Positions 53,680 to 64,000 of a stretch of DNA of 64,000 nucleotides are shown in pieces. The notes under the pieces are model-generated. The model did no database searches, was not told the DNA's origin, and saw only the letters and a program-made list of their open reading frames with translations. This stretch comes from Takakia lepidozioides (lineage: Eukaryota > Plantae > Bryophyta), in the NCBI GenBank assembly GCA_030704615.1, contig CM060733.1, positions 70,928,001 to 70,992,000 on the forward strand, given 5' to 3'. Both the position numbers and the translations under genes were made by a program. How positions within the stretch are numbered: position 1 is the first letter of the stretch; every line of letters begins with the position of its first letter.

Positions 53680-55410
53680 CTAACACATGAATATATCAAC
53701 CAGGATCATCAAGAAGGCTAGACCAGCCCCAAGCAGCCAATATGCCATCTGAATCCAAGTCAAGGGGTGCTGATCTGCACAAAGGAGGTTGAGAAGCGGA
53801 GGAGGGGCTGCATCAGCAGCAGCAAGGTCATCCAAGGTAAGCATAGGCCTGCTGACATGACGATCTAGGCGGTGAGATGCATAAGCTATCACATGCTCTT
53901 TACTTTCTACTACTTGACATAAGATTGCAGAAATAGCAACATCGAATGCATCAGTCTGAAGCAGAAAAGGGAATTCAAAGTTGGGAAACATCAGGATGGG
54001 AGCTGAACATAAGGCTTTGCGAAGAGTGTCAAAGGTTGTTTGCTGGGAGAAGCTCCATTCAAACCTGGCATCCTTGCACAATACCTTGGTCAGAGGGTGA
54101 GCAAGTTGGGCAAAGTTCTTTATGAAGCGCCTGTAATAGGAGGCCAGACCAAGGAAGGACTTAATGCAGTGTTTGTCCCTGGGAATAGGAAAGCCCCAAA
54201 CAGACTCAAGCTTGGCAGGATCAGGAAGCAAACCATCCTTGGACAGAATATGCCCAAGAAAGTGTAACTCAGGCATAAACAGCTCACACTTTTTGGGTTT
54301 AACCTTGAGTCTTGCAGTTCGTAATTTGCTGAAAACACGCTGCAGATCAGTCAAGTGGACATCAAAGTTGGTTGAGTATACATTGATATCATCAACATAA
54401 ATCAAGGCACATTCCCAGCGAAGATTACCTAAGACAATGTCCATGAGGCGTTGGAAAGTAGAGGTAGCATTGCACAAGCCAAAGGGCATGGTTTCGTATT
54501 GGTACTTGCCCATGCGACACACAAATGAAGTCTTTTCCTTGGCTGCTTCAGTAAGAGGAACTTGCCAAAAACCAAATGCAAGATCAAGAGAGGAGAAAAT
54601 GGTAGCACCATGCAGTTGATCTAAGGTTTCATTGATCCTGGGTAGAGGGTAGGCATCCTTCTTAGTGATGTCATTCAATTTCCTGAAGTCAACACAAAAG
54701 CGAGTAGTGCTATCTTTCTTATCAACCAGGACAATGGGACTGGCCCAATGAGAGATTGATGGCTTAATTACACCAGCATCTAGCATCTTCTGGACTTCTT
54801 CCTGGACTATGGCACGTTCTTTAATACATTCTCGGTATGCAAATTGTTTAATAGGAGGTCCCTCAGTGACAATGTCATGTTGAAGGATGGGAGTACGCCC
54901 CAGATCAGTAGATCCCAGGCTGAAAATATCGAGATTTTTTGCAACAAGCATTTCTACTCTTTTCTTTTGGCCAGGGGAGAGGGTACTTCCTAATGTAAGT
55001 TCATACAACACTTTGGTAAGAGCCTTCTTACCTTCAGGACTGAGATCAGGGAGAGGTGGTGGTGCTAGAGCAGCAAAGGCAACGACAGCATCCACAGGGC
55101 CGTGTTGAATGCCAATGGCCTCCAGCCCAAAGCCAACTTGCACTTCTTGTATTTCAGCAATGGGCAGGGCAGTGATACGAGCCAGGACCTGCCCTTTCTT
55201 AATGGTCACAGGAAAGTGCTCCGGATTAGCAATCAACACTTTGACCTCCTGCCTATATCCTCTATCTATAACCCCAGTAGCCACCAAGCAATGCTCGAGA
55301 GCAGTGAGTCTCCGCCAACCTTCTACTTCCAGGAAATGAGCAGTTGGGCATAAAAAAGCCAGACCAGACTTGATCACTTTCTGGGTCATAGCAGGGATGG
55401 TGACATTCAT
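53680..55410 (-). pseudogene. pol of the host element: dUTPase-like domain, RT, partial RNase H
   Basis: TIPA..QKVIKSGL..GVIDRGYRQEVKV..N..VTIKKGQVLA (55410-55150); FCVDFRKLN, MPFGL, YVDD; TDA.D, IAYAS; remainder of RNase H lost. Confidence 0.88.
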
Positions 55411-55551
55411 GGGTGCACGAATCAGAGTAGAATTTTTGGGGACAGCTATCCCTGTTCTACCATCAGCACTAGGAACATGCCATTGATATAAGAGTTGCAG
55501 ATCAGGCTGAAGTTTGTAAAAATCATTCCAATTGAGACTGGAGTGAGAGTT

Positions 55552-58110
55552 CTATTGTACCTCTTTCACCATTGCCTGAACTCTGGATAGATTGGCTGTG
55601 GCAAATCCAGCTCTAAGTTTCACAGCCTTCAATGGAACAACGACCTCATGACCCTCACCATTGTTAAATCGGAGGGAGTAATTGGCCAGACTGATGGTTG
55701 CACCAGCTCCAGTCATCCAATCAAGGCCTAGCAAGAATTGATCGCCTATAGTGACTATACATGTAACCACGACCTCCTTCTTGTGAATCCTGATAGGCAC
55801 AGTGACCAAACCTAGAGGCTCATATCTGGACCCATCCGCAATTAGTACTTCAACACCAGAGGCAGGGCATAACTTAAGACCAAGAATTCTCACAATATTA
55901 GAGGCATAGCAGATATGGTGCAACCCGTGTCGATTAGACAAGGGAAACTCAACTCGTGAATATGGCATTGGGCCATAAGAGGGCTGATCTGTTGTCCTGA
56001 GGTCTGCCTGCTTAGAGGACAATGCAAAGCTTTGAAATTAGTAGACAACACAGCTTGCAAAGGAATGAGAGAGGAAGGGTTGGTGAATGGTGGACCTCTT
56101 GCCCCCTTCCCAAGAGGTCTGTCTAGTTTAAAGGAGGGTTGGAACCACTGGCAGCCTTTTTGTTTTTAAGCAGCTCTGGTAGGCCTGCTCTATCAGGACA
56201 ATGCTTGGTCCAATGTTCAGAAGACCCACATATGTAGCATGCGGCTCGGTTGCCTTCATAGGCCTGACCAGTTTGGGTACGACCTCTGTTGCTACCACTT
56301 GTCTGTGCTTGTGGCTGTCTAAGCTGCCACCGTTGCTGATGAGCTTGCATGGTAGCGAACTGAGTGGCAATTGACTCACTTAGACTACCACTGTGTTGGC
56401 CAGCCCTTGAAGAGTGAAATTAACTGACTTATATTGCATAGCAGGCGGGACATAAGGTGAAGATGTTGCAGCCATGCCAAGCTCGGAGCCCACTAGAGCT
56501 TGAAACTTGGCACGAGTTTGCATTGATTTGCTGTCAGGTAAGTCTGCCATCTTAAGATTAATTTCAGCTAGCATAATTTTGTCATTGACAAAATGACGAC
56601 GTTGGGCCCAATTTTGAATACCATGGGGCAAGCCAAGGAGAAAGTAGGTCTTCACCATACGATCACGTTCTGCTAGATCAAATGATATTTTCTGCAGCAG
56701 CAAATTTTAGATCCATGTAATACTTCCACAAGGACTCTCCTGGCTGGTAAGTCCTGGAGCTCAAGTTGGTGAAGCAGTCCAAGGGTCTTTCAGGTGGTTT
56801 GAATAGGGTTTTAGCCCATTCCACAAGCCCAAGTGAGATGGGGGTCATCCATGACAGCTGCATGCAACAAGTCACGGGCTGGTCCCTTCATGCTCATTCT
56901 AAAAATTGCCATTTTAAATTCTTAGGCACACCATTCACATTAGCAATCACTTCAAACATCTGAAGATATCTATCAAAGTCTTCTCCCATTGTGTATTCTG
57001 GATAGGGCTGGGTAGTGAGCTGAGGAAGCAAATGACAGGGCAGACTATGATTCAGGTGACCAGGCTGAGCATATCCATGGGCCGGGCAGCAATGAGCAAT
57101 AGCCTGAGTCTGATTGGTGGTTGTATTCATAGCATGGACCCCACTAGTAACCGGGACATAGTTGTTACTCATGACATTAGAGGGACCTTGGCTAGGCGGT
57201 AATGTTGTCACGCCCACCTGGGGTGCATGAAACACAGGCCTTGACTGACCATGGCTGCTTGGTTTGGAGCCACTCCACTCATGGTGGGAATGGGTGGCCT
57301 TCCCAATTGTTGTTGGACTGACTGACCGCCTACACTAGAGCTAGAACAAGTAGTATTCATGCCAACAGACAATCCAGAAGTCACAGACACACCAATTCCT
57401 CCCCCAAGAGCGGGATTAGAAACATGCACCATAGAATCAGGCAAACCAGCATTAGTTGCTACGTTGACACGAGCATTTGACGGGGCTGGCATACCACTCA
57501 CATGAGCCCTTCCCACTGGGACTTGCACATTTGCATTGCATACACCACTAGCAATCGGGTCTAAAGAAGGGGGATGGATGGCATGCCTGGAAATACCACC
57601 CAAAGGACTGGCTCCTGTAACTTGAGACAGGCCAGGCATCATGGCCATATGTCGAGTAGAGGCTAGCTGATCAGCAGCTGCGGATAGGCCCTCGTTAGTG
57701 ACAAAATTACCAGTACTAGCTACACTTGGCACCACAGGCCCATTGCCAGGCAACATAGTGACCCCTGGAACTTCAAATTGCACTATCTTTGTGAGACCAG
57801 CGGGCGTCACCTGAACATCATCTAATTCTTGGGAAACAATACCATCTTCACAAGATAAATCAGTATAGAGACTGGCCTCTGGTAGAGGCGATCCCTCATC
57901 TAGACTTACCATCCCATGTTGCATTCGCGGATTGTCACTCAAATTATCTGTAGGTGATGGAAGACCCGGCTCTCTGACCTCGATAGGGGCTGATTCCGTT
58001 GTGGCCAGATCGGGAGCATCCATTGCAACACGTTGCCTCCCATACCTCAGCCAAGTATTAATAGTGTTTCTTACCATACAACATGAAGCAACGAGTCCAA
58101 ACACGAACAA
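55552..58110 (-). pseudogene. degenerate gag-protease of the host element
   Basis: FDRYLQMFE, QPGESL, FLLGLP, CYICGSSEHWTKHC knuckle, LIDTG protease, LLGLDWM; stops and frameshifts. Confidence 0.8.
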
Positions 58111-58560
58111 GAAAATATTTTGTTCTGATTAAACTATGTCAAGATATAGGAATAGTAGAGAGATAACCTAGAAGCAACGAATACCAACAAGAGTTCTGAT
58201 TAAGCCAAAGTCGGCGAGCAGGGATGGGTAGCAATCCGCTACAGCAGCCCGCAACACCACGATCGTCCTTAATTCAAGGCCAGGTCGAACAGGAGATCAC
58301 CTTGGTGATGTCGTGCATGGAGAGCGCCCACCATTTCCACGTGCTCGTGGTCTTAACCCAAAAGGACACACAGGTAGAGTTCTCCTTCTCCCAAATGCGA
58401 GATAGCACTGAATCAACAGGAAAGCGATCAAGATTTTCAAGCATCTCAGGTCTGACAAGCCGTTGATCGTCAAATAAAGTCCTTGGCAAAATGACAATGT
58501 CGGAAGCTTGGCCAAACAGACTATCCGACGACAGTCCTTGAAGCAGGTCGATCGACGGTG

Positions 58561-61040
58561 CACTAGAAGAGAAACCGGCTTTTTCCACGGCTCTTTTCAC
58601 ACTTTTTGCCGTGGAATCCGCCCCAGTCCACACCTGCCGTGGGTGTAAGAAACGACTAGTGCTTTCGGACACCCCGTGGACGGCCTAGCTCTCGGGTGGC
58701 CCTGTGGAAAAGTCCACGGGTGGTTGAATCCACGGGTGGCCTTTTTCACGGGGTTCATGGCTTTTTCCACGGGCGACGTGTGCTTTGGCAAACACCGCAA
58801 CGTGGATCCTAAATGTACAAAGGGTGTGGACTTGTCCACACCTACGGAAAAATGATGCGACACCCTGTCACCTGGGCTTGACGACATGTGGGCAACGGTA
58901 TGGGCAACACGTGTATTTTGGAGAGGACGGCACGTGGCGTAATCTGTACGGAGTGGGTCTGTAGTATTTTACTGCCTATACTGTAGGTCATTCCACATAG
59001 CTGTGGAGCATACCATAGTGGGTGTGAAATATTCTACTGCTGATGTTGTAGGTCATTCCACAAAAATGTGGAGGATGCCACACGCAAGCTGCGGTTGATT
59101 TCACATATTTGTGAACATGGTGTGCACAATTAATCCACATGCATCATGATCATATCACAAATCGTGATACTGTCCACACTGTCAGTTTCACAGTCCATGT
59201 GAAATATGACTCATATACATAAACACAATTCCAAAGCACCACGGCTTGCTCATGACATGTACAATTGACTAAGCATGGCCAGAACAACAGAAAGAATGAC
59301 CAGATGCAAGGGTGCTTCAAAGTTGGGTACACCCTTCATTGCCCAAATACAATTTAGTCTGAACATGCAAGTATTGTAGAGTCTGCACTGCTGATCACAA
59401 CCCCACAATGTACCCAAATCCTACATTGATGCGCAAAATCACGAAGAAAAGGTGAAATCGATATGAAGTGGCGTTCAGTCAAAATTGCCTTCAAACTGAG
59501 GATCCCCTACAACCTCATGTTCGGGTAACTTGGCAGACCACAGGGCCATGCTGCCTATAGTGTCACTGAGCATCACAACGGGAGGCCTAACATCATTGTT
59601 GGGGTATGGTAGAGCAACATCCGCCCCATGTACTGCTTCAACCGAGACAACATGATAATCGGCATGAACGACATAAGCCTGCCAGTCGGTCGACATGCCC
59701 AACATATGGCCCATGCCTGCCTTCCGTTTGGGTGCATTGGGGTCAAACATTGTGACCTTGTCACCAACCTGAAACTAGAACAGCCAACACCACCAATGTG
59801 TGCCCTTGTCATTTGTTATGCACATGAAACAGTTATGGACAGGGAAAACGCGAGATGTCATCATATAGCCCTGCAAACAAAATACGGATATACTTCCACG
59901 AAGGGAAACTTACAACAGGAGCCGGCGCTTTGAAGCTTCCCATACGGCTCCCATCAACGTTGCTGGCAGCAAGTCTTGCGGACTTCTTGGTCATCTTCAC
60001 CGCAACAATTTCCTTTGGTGGCTTCTGAATCAATAGAAACCCACACATGTACACAGAATTCATGAACGGCCTGCAGGTATTGCATAATCGACTTGGAACA
60101 GCACAAGAATATAGGAACACGAGTACTTACCTTCCGAACAATGGCCAATTTTGTTGTTGAATCAATGTTCTTCCCTGCCCCAACAATAACCACTCCTGTG
60201 CCCTTAGCCCCTGCCCCTATGTCTTGGGCACTCTGTCTAAGTTCACTGCCGGTGTGATCCTCCACTACAGGCACTCCCTTCTCAATAAGGGGGGATAGGT
60301 CATCATTGGCACCATAATTAAGGCAAGGATCGTCACATGCCATGTTCTGAACTTTGTCCTCACCTGTGGCATCTTCTTCCACAATACTGCCCCCTTTCTT
60401 TTGTCCACTGCCTCCACTGCTAGGAGGCTGCTCACCTGTACTTGTCATTTCCACAGTAGCCGCAAGTGGGACAACACCATGAACAGGGGGCGACAATTCA
60501 CACACAATGTTTGATGCTAATGGAGATTCATCCCTCGGCAGGTCCAAACCGAGCTTCGCTGCCAATGCCATGTTGAACTTCTCTGTCTTAGATACTGCAG
60601 CGGCAAACATGGATTTCACTACCTGCAATTCCAATTTGTGCTCCATTGAGCTGGCCTCCATTGTATGTTTCCATCCTTCCAAGCCATCAAGCCGAGAAGC
60701 CAATGCTCCAAGGCCCTGCCACAAATAGAGTGGAAATACGATTCAATACATCGATCGCACTAGCCATGCGAGGTAATTTATTGGCATATGTACAAGAAGG
60801 CAAAACCATAAATAATTGACAAGCACATCATTGCAACAAATGCAGGTGGGTTAGTTACTTACAGAACGGGTGGCCCCTGCTGAATCGGAACCATACCCCT
60901 TGTTGCTATTCTTGCTCCCCGAAATTTCGGATAGAAGTGGAGGACGACCACTTGTCTTAGCCTACACATGGACAGGATATGGGAATATTAGTGCCATCCT
61001 CTAAGAGTAAGATACAAATGACAAGACACCTCGCTACCTG
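58561..61040 (-). mobile_element. truncated CACTA element: terminus at 58561 and a spliced ORF2 (TnpA-like) remnant
   Basis: CACTAGAAGAGAAA terminus with CCACGG/CCGTGG subterminal repeats. Minus-strand GT-AG exons at ~60863-60960, 60131-60716, 59911-60026 and 59475-59768; last exon V.V..V...DVALPYP...LSDTIGS..LW resembles En/Spm ORF2 domains. Right boundary approximate. Confidence 0.7.
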
Positions 61041-61055
61041 AATATATTGGCAATG

Positions 61056-61826
61056 TCATGAGACAGGCAGATTTACCAGACCTTTGTTGGGCTCGTGATG
61101 AAAACGAAGAAGACGTAGAATGAGAGAGCCCGTACCTCGGAGAGCTAACGACAGCCAAGATGGCTCGACAAAGGAGGAAACCAGCCAATCACGGTGAACA
61201 CGTTCAATAGATAAAGGAAGATGAAGCCCCTGTTCTTTCCACGACAGAGCCTGATGATTCAAGAAACGGGACTTGACCACATCACGAGACAGACGAGCAG
61301 CGTTCCTCGAAGCCACAACTTGCCTTGTCACAGAGAGAGAGTCCGCAGCGATCACCGTTGGGTCAAAGTCAGGTCGTCTGGGCGCCGAAACTCGACCCTC
61401 AGTGAAGTAGGATATGTCCCGTTGCACTGCAATCTCTATCTTGTCAAACCAGAATTGATCAACATAAAGTAAGTTACACACTGTAGCATCATACTCATGT
61501 GAATGAGCTATGTCCCTCTCAAATTCTCGCTCCTGCTCTCTGGGACAGACGTAATCGGGCCCTGGATCATGATAGTTGTCAAAATTGTAATACTCTGGAT
61601 CACAGCTATCCAATGAACCGGACCTCGCAGTGCTTGGCGACCAAGCCTCGGCTGCAGCTAGATTAGCTTCTTCACTAGGACTAGGTGAATTCAAGCGGAC
61701 AACAAGACCTGAATCAACAGCATTATCTCCACGCACCGGCAACACCGGCAAGGCAAAGAGTGCCAGGCGGCGTGCTGGAAGAAGGAGGGTTAGCAGATGA
61801 AGCAGAAAGTGAAACGACCAGATCAA
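61056..61826 (-). CDS. extra ORF of unknown function between PBS and gag
   Basis: 256-codon open frame on the element strand; preceded in frame by ATG-TAG; no recognisable domain. Confidence 0.4.
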   Translation of the reverse strand: MIWSFHFLLHLLTLLLPARRLALFALPVLPVRGDNAVDSGLVVRLNSPSPSEEANLAAAEAWSPSTARSGSLDSCDPEYYNFDNYHDPGPDYVCPREQEREFERDIAHSHEYDATVCNLLYVDQFWFDKIEIAVQRDISYFTEGRVSAPRRPDFDPTVIAADSLSVTRQVVASRNAARLSRDVVKSRFLNHQALSWKEQGLHLPLSIERVHRDWLVSSFVEPSWLSLALRGTGSLILRLLRFHHEPNKGLVNLPVS

Positions 61827-62065
61827 GCTCTACATGCAAGCGCTCGCCTTCACGATTAACAACACTTCTAGTAATCAACACATGAGACGCCATAGTCTGA
61901 AACATAAGCAAGTTTAACGAGCAAGCATGGAGAGAATTCAACACTAAGCAAATACACTGCAGGGTGGTGGGCTGCCGCCATCCTTATAAGACACCGAGGA
62001 GCTCTTAATCTTAACCTAAGCACGCCGTTTAATGATCAAGCAAAACACCCGGCGCGCCTCCACCA

Positions 62066-62523
62066 TGAAAGAAGCAGGACGAGTATCTGCCTATCCTCTC
62101 AAGTGCTCTTCAAAACAACGCGGGGAGAACAATAGGAGCGTGCATGCACGCGAGAGGAGGATCTCAATGAGCAAACTGATAGAAAATCATACACACGTAT
62201 CGCATTCAGACAGCTTTCCACATCTACATACACCAGAGTACATCAGCTGCCTGACACAAGGTCAGGCCGCCACTTTATACAAACCCTAGTCGCATGCCTT
62301 CTTGACGCGTGGCGAGGCGTGTCAGGCTGAGCCCGCGGCGCCACATCAAAACCCTAGATCTATTGAACGGCCATGATGCAGCCACCAGCCATAACTAACC
62401 CTGGCTATGATATCTTTGTAATGGTTCAACGGTATTTTAAGCCAAAAAATTATACTACGAATGAGTATCGCCGCTTTGGATGAATAAGGTGAATCTGTGA
62501 TGAGGAAAGTTTGGGGCATCACA
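62066..62523 (-). repeat. 5' LTR of the dUTPase-bearing element
   Basis: TGTGATGCC...TTTCA on the minus strand, followed directly by PBS-like TGGTGGAGG. Confidence 0.88.
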
Positions 62524-62550
62524 ACACTGGTGGCTAACTAAGGTAGAAAC

Positions 62551-63200
62551 CAGTGTTGGACTGGAATGTCCATTTTTTAATACCAGACTGGTCCTGGTAT
62601 GAAGGGTCCCACCCCTTTTTCATACCAGGCTGGTATAGGTATCTATACAGGTATGAGCAACTTGGGTATGAATCTGGTATGAGTAGTTGTACTTTGGGCT
62701 GTATATGAGTATGGTACTGGTATTGCCCTTTCTCTGTAGTGATACTGGGGGGGTATGAGCACTGGTATGGTATTTCTACAGCTCACCATACATAGAAATA
62801 AATGTCATTTAGCACATAGCTAATTTTAATCCAAGCCGTGAAACACTAGGCAAAGGTAACCCAAAGTAGCACGAAACAACAAATGAAGTCTAAATTGCAA
62901 CATGGAGCCTTGAATTAACCAAATTGTAGTACAGGGTATAACTAGCTGCACTAACATATACTCATATCTACCTCCATTCGCCATGAACTCACCGCAATAC
63001 TGATATCGGAACCATGCTATTCTTCCATATACCCAGACTGGTATGGTATGTGTGCGGGGAATCCTAAAGCCATACTCCCCCAGTACATGTATCACATGGG
63101 TACACTGGTTCTTTCATACCCGACTGGTATGTTCTTCAATATATATATTCATATATGTATTCCATACCTAGATTAAACCAGGTATACCAGTCCAACACTG
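62551..63200. mobile_element. non-autonomous hAT element / MITE (650 bp)
   Basis: Perfect 14-bp TIRs CAGTGTTGGACTGG / CCAGTCCAACACTG; perfect 8-bp TSD GTAGAAAC (62543-62550, 63201-63208); GGTATG/CATACC subterminal repeats. Confidence 0.93.
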
Positions 63201-63378
63201 GTAGAAACACCTAAAATGGACCATTTAAAGAAATGTGTGTCGTTTCAGGTGTGCAGTGTCGTCATAAATATATTTATGATGTGGGCACAGAGAAATGAGA
63301 TTAATGCAAAAAATAAAAAATAATAATCCGAATTATTTTAAAATATTGGTGAATATCCAATGTGAAATCGTAGAATAA

Positions 63379-64000
63379 TGTCGCGGTGAGTCTTGGCCCA
63401 CCCACCACGGCCTCAATGGACCATGGTGAGTCCCAAGACTCCCCACGACTCCCACCACAAGGCCTCAACCTCATGGTGAGTCCTATGCCACCCCCACTAC
63501 GACTCCTTACGCTACCACCACCCCTCGTGGAGTCCCCCCACCGCAACCCAGTTTGCGGGGCTCCACCTAGTGAGCACCTCCGCCTCCCTGAGTGCCTTCG
63601 GCACTCAAGGGTGCTTCAGCCCCCTTTCATATTCGCTGCCGTTGCCCCCACCACAGGGACAGCCCCTCTTGTGTCCCGACCCCCCACCCTCAAGGCAAAG
63701 GCCCCCGACACACACCCCAACGAGGAGTCAATGTCCTCATCAACTTGTCCCTTTTTGTGGAAACTAACATCCAAGTTGTGGCGTCCCACATCAAGGAGTT
63801 TGTTTCCGTACCATGGCATCCCATAGCAAAGAACTAAACCCCCACTTGACTTTATTCCCCACTAGCTAGTTTGGCCGACTTCCTCCAAGTCACGGCCAAG
63901 GGTGGAGCTTCCCAAGCTCCACCCAGTGCACTCTTCTTGGCCTTCTTCATGCCCAAGGAACGGTTCTCTTCGAGGAGCAACATTGCTTGCGACCGCTCGT
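63379..64000 (-). mobile_element. third chromovirus-family copy: short 3' LTR (63379-63710) and 3' UTR, continuing beyond the window
   Basis: Collinear homology with ~47142-47790. Confidence 0.88.

Larger units (their letters stand above)
44877..62523 (-). mobile_element. degenerate two-LTR Ty3/Gypsy element (extra ORF - gag - PR - dUTPase-like - RT - RH - IN) with nested chromovirus and CACTA insertions
   Basis: Homologous LTRs 62066-62523 and 44877-45289; PBS-like TGGTGGAGGCG after the 5' LTR; G-rich PPT ~45302-45310; collinear minus-strand domains. IN reading joins across the chromovirus TSD (RGGV|PCYLEAPP). Confidence 0.85.

Overview
Eukaryotic nuclear DNA, most likely from a non-seed land plant (inferred from PLS-type PPR fragments and plant-type intron-containing genes). 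Two intact spliced host genes lie on the minus strand: VPS4/SKD1 (8 coding exons, 440 aa) and a DNAJC9/ATJ6-like J-protein (8 exons, about 280 aa). Most of the rest is nested transposable-element sequence. Highlights: (1) a Ty3/Gypsy-type LTR retrotransposon whose polyprotein carries a C5 cytosine DNA methyltransferase after the protease and a PHD finger after the integrase tail (1-4032), with a second gag copy at 18.4 kb and a candidate RT-RH-IN piece at 32.9 kb; (2) a 17.6-kb Gypsy element with a dUTPase-like domain between protease and RT, an extra upstream ORF and nested insertions (44877-62523); (3) a Mutator-like transposase pseudogene with an N-terminal GCM-like zinc domain and a C-terminal SWIM finger (26757-29952). 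Also present: three copies of a chromovirus (one complete with a perfect TSD), CACTA pieces, a hAT MITE, two tRNA-derived SINEs with TSDs, a LINE fragment and PPR pseudogene fragments. All domain calls come from motifs read by eye; no database searches were run.
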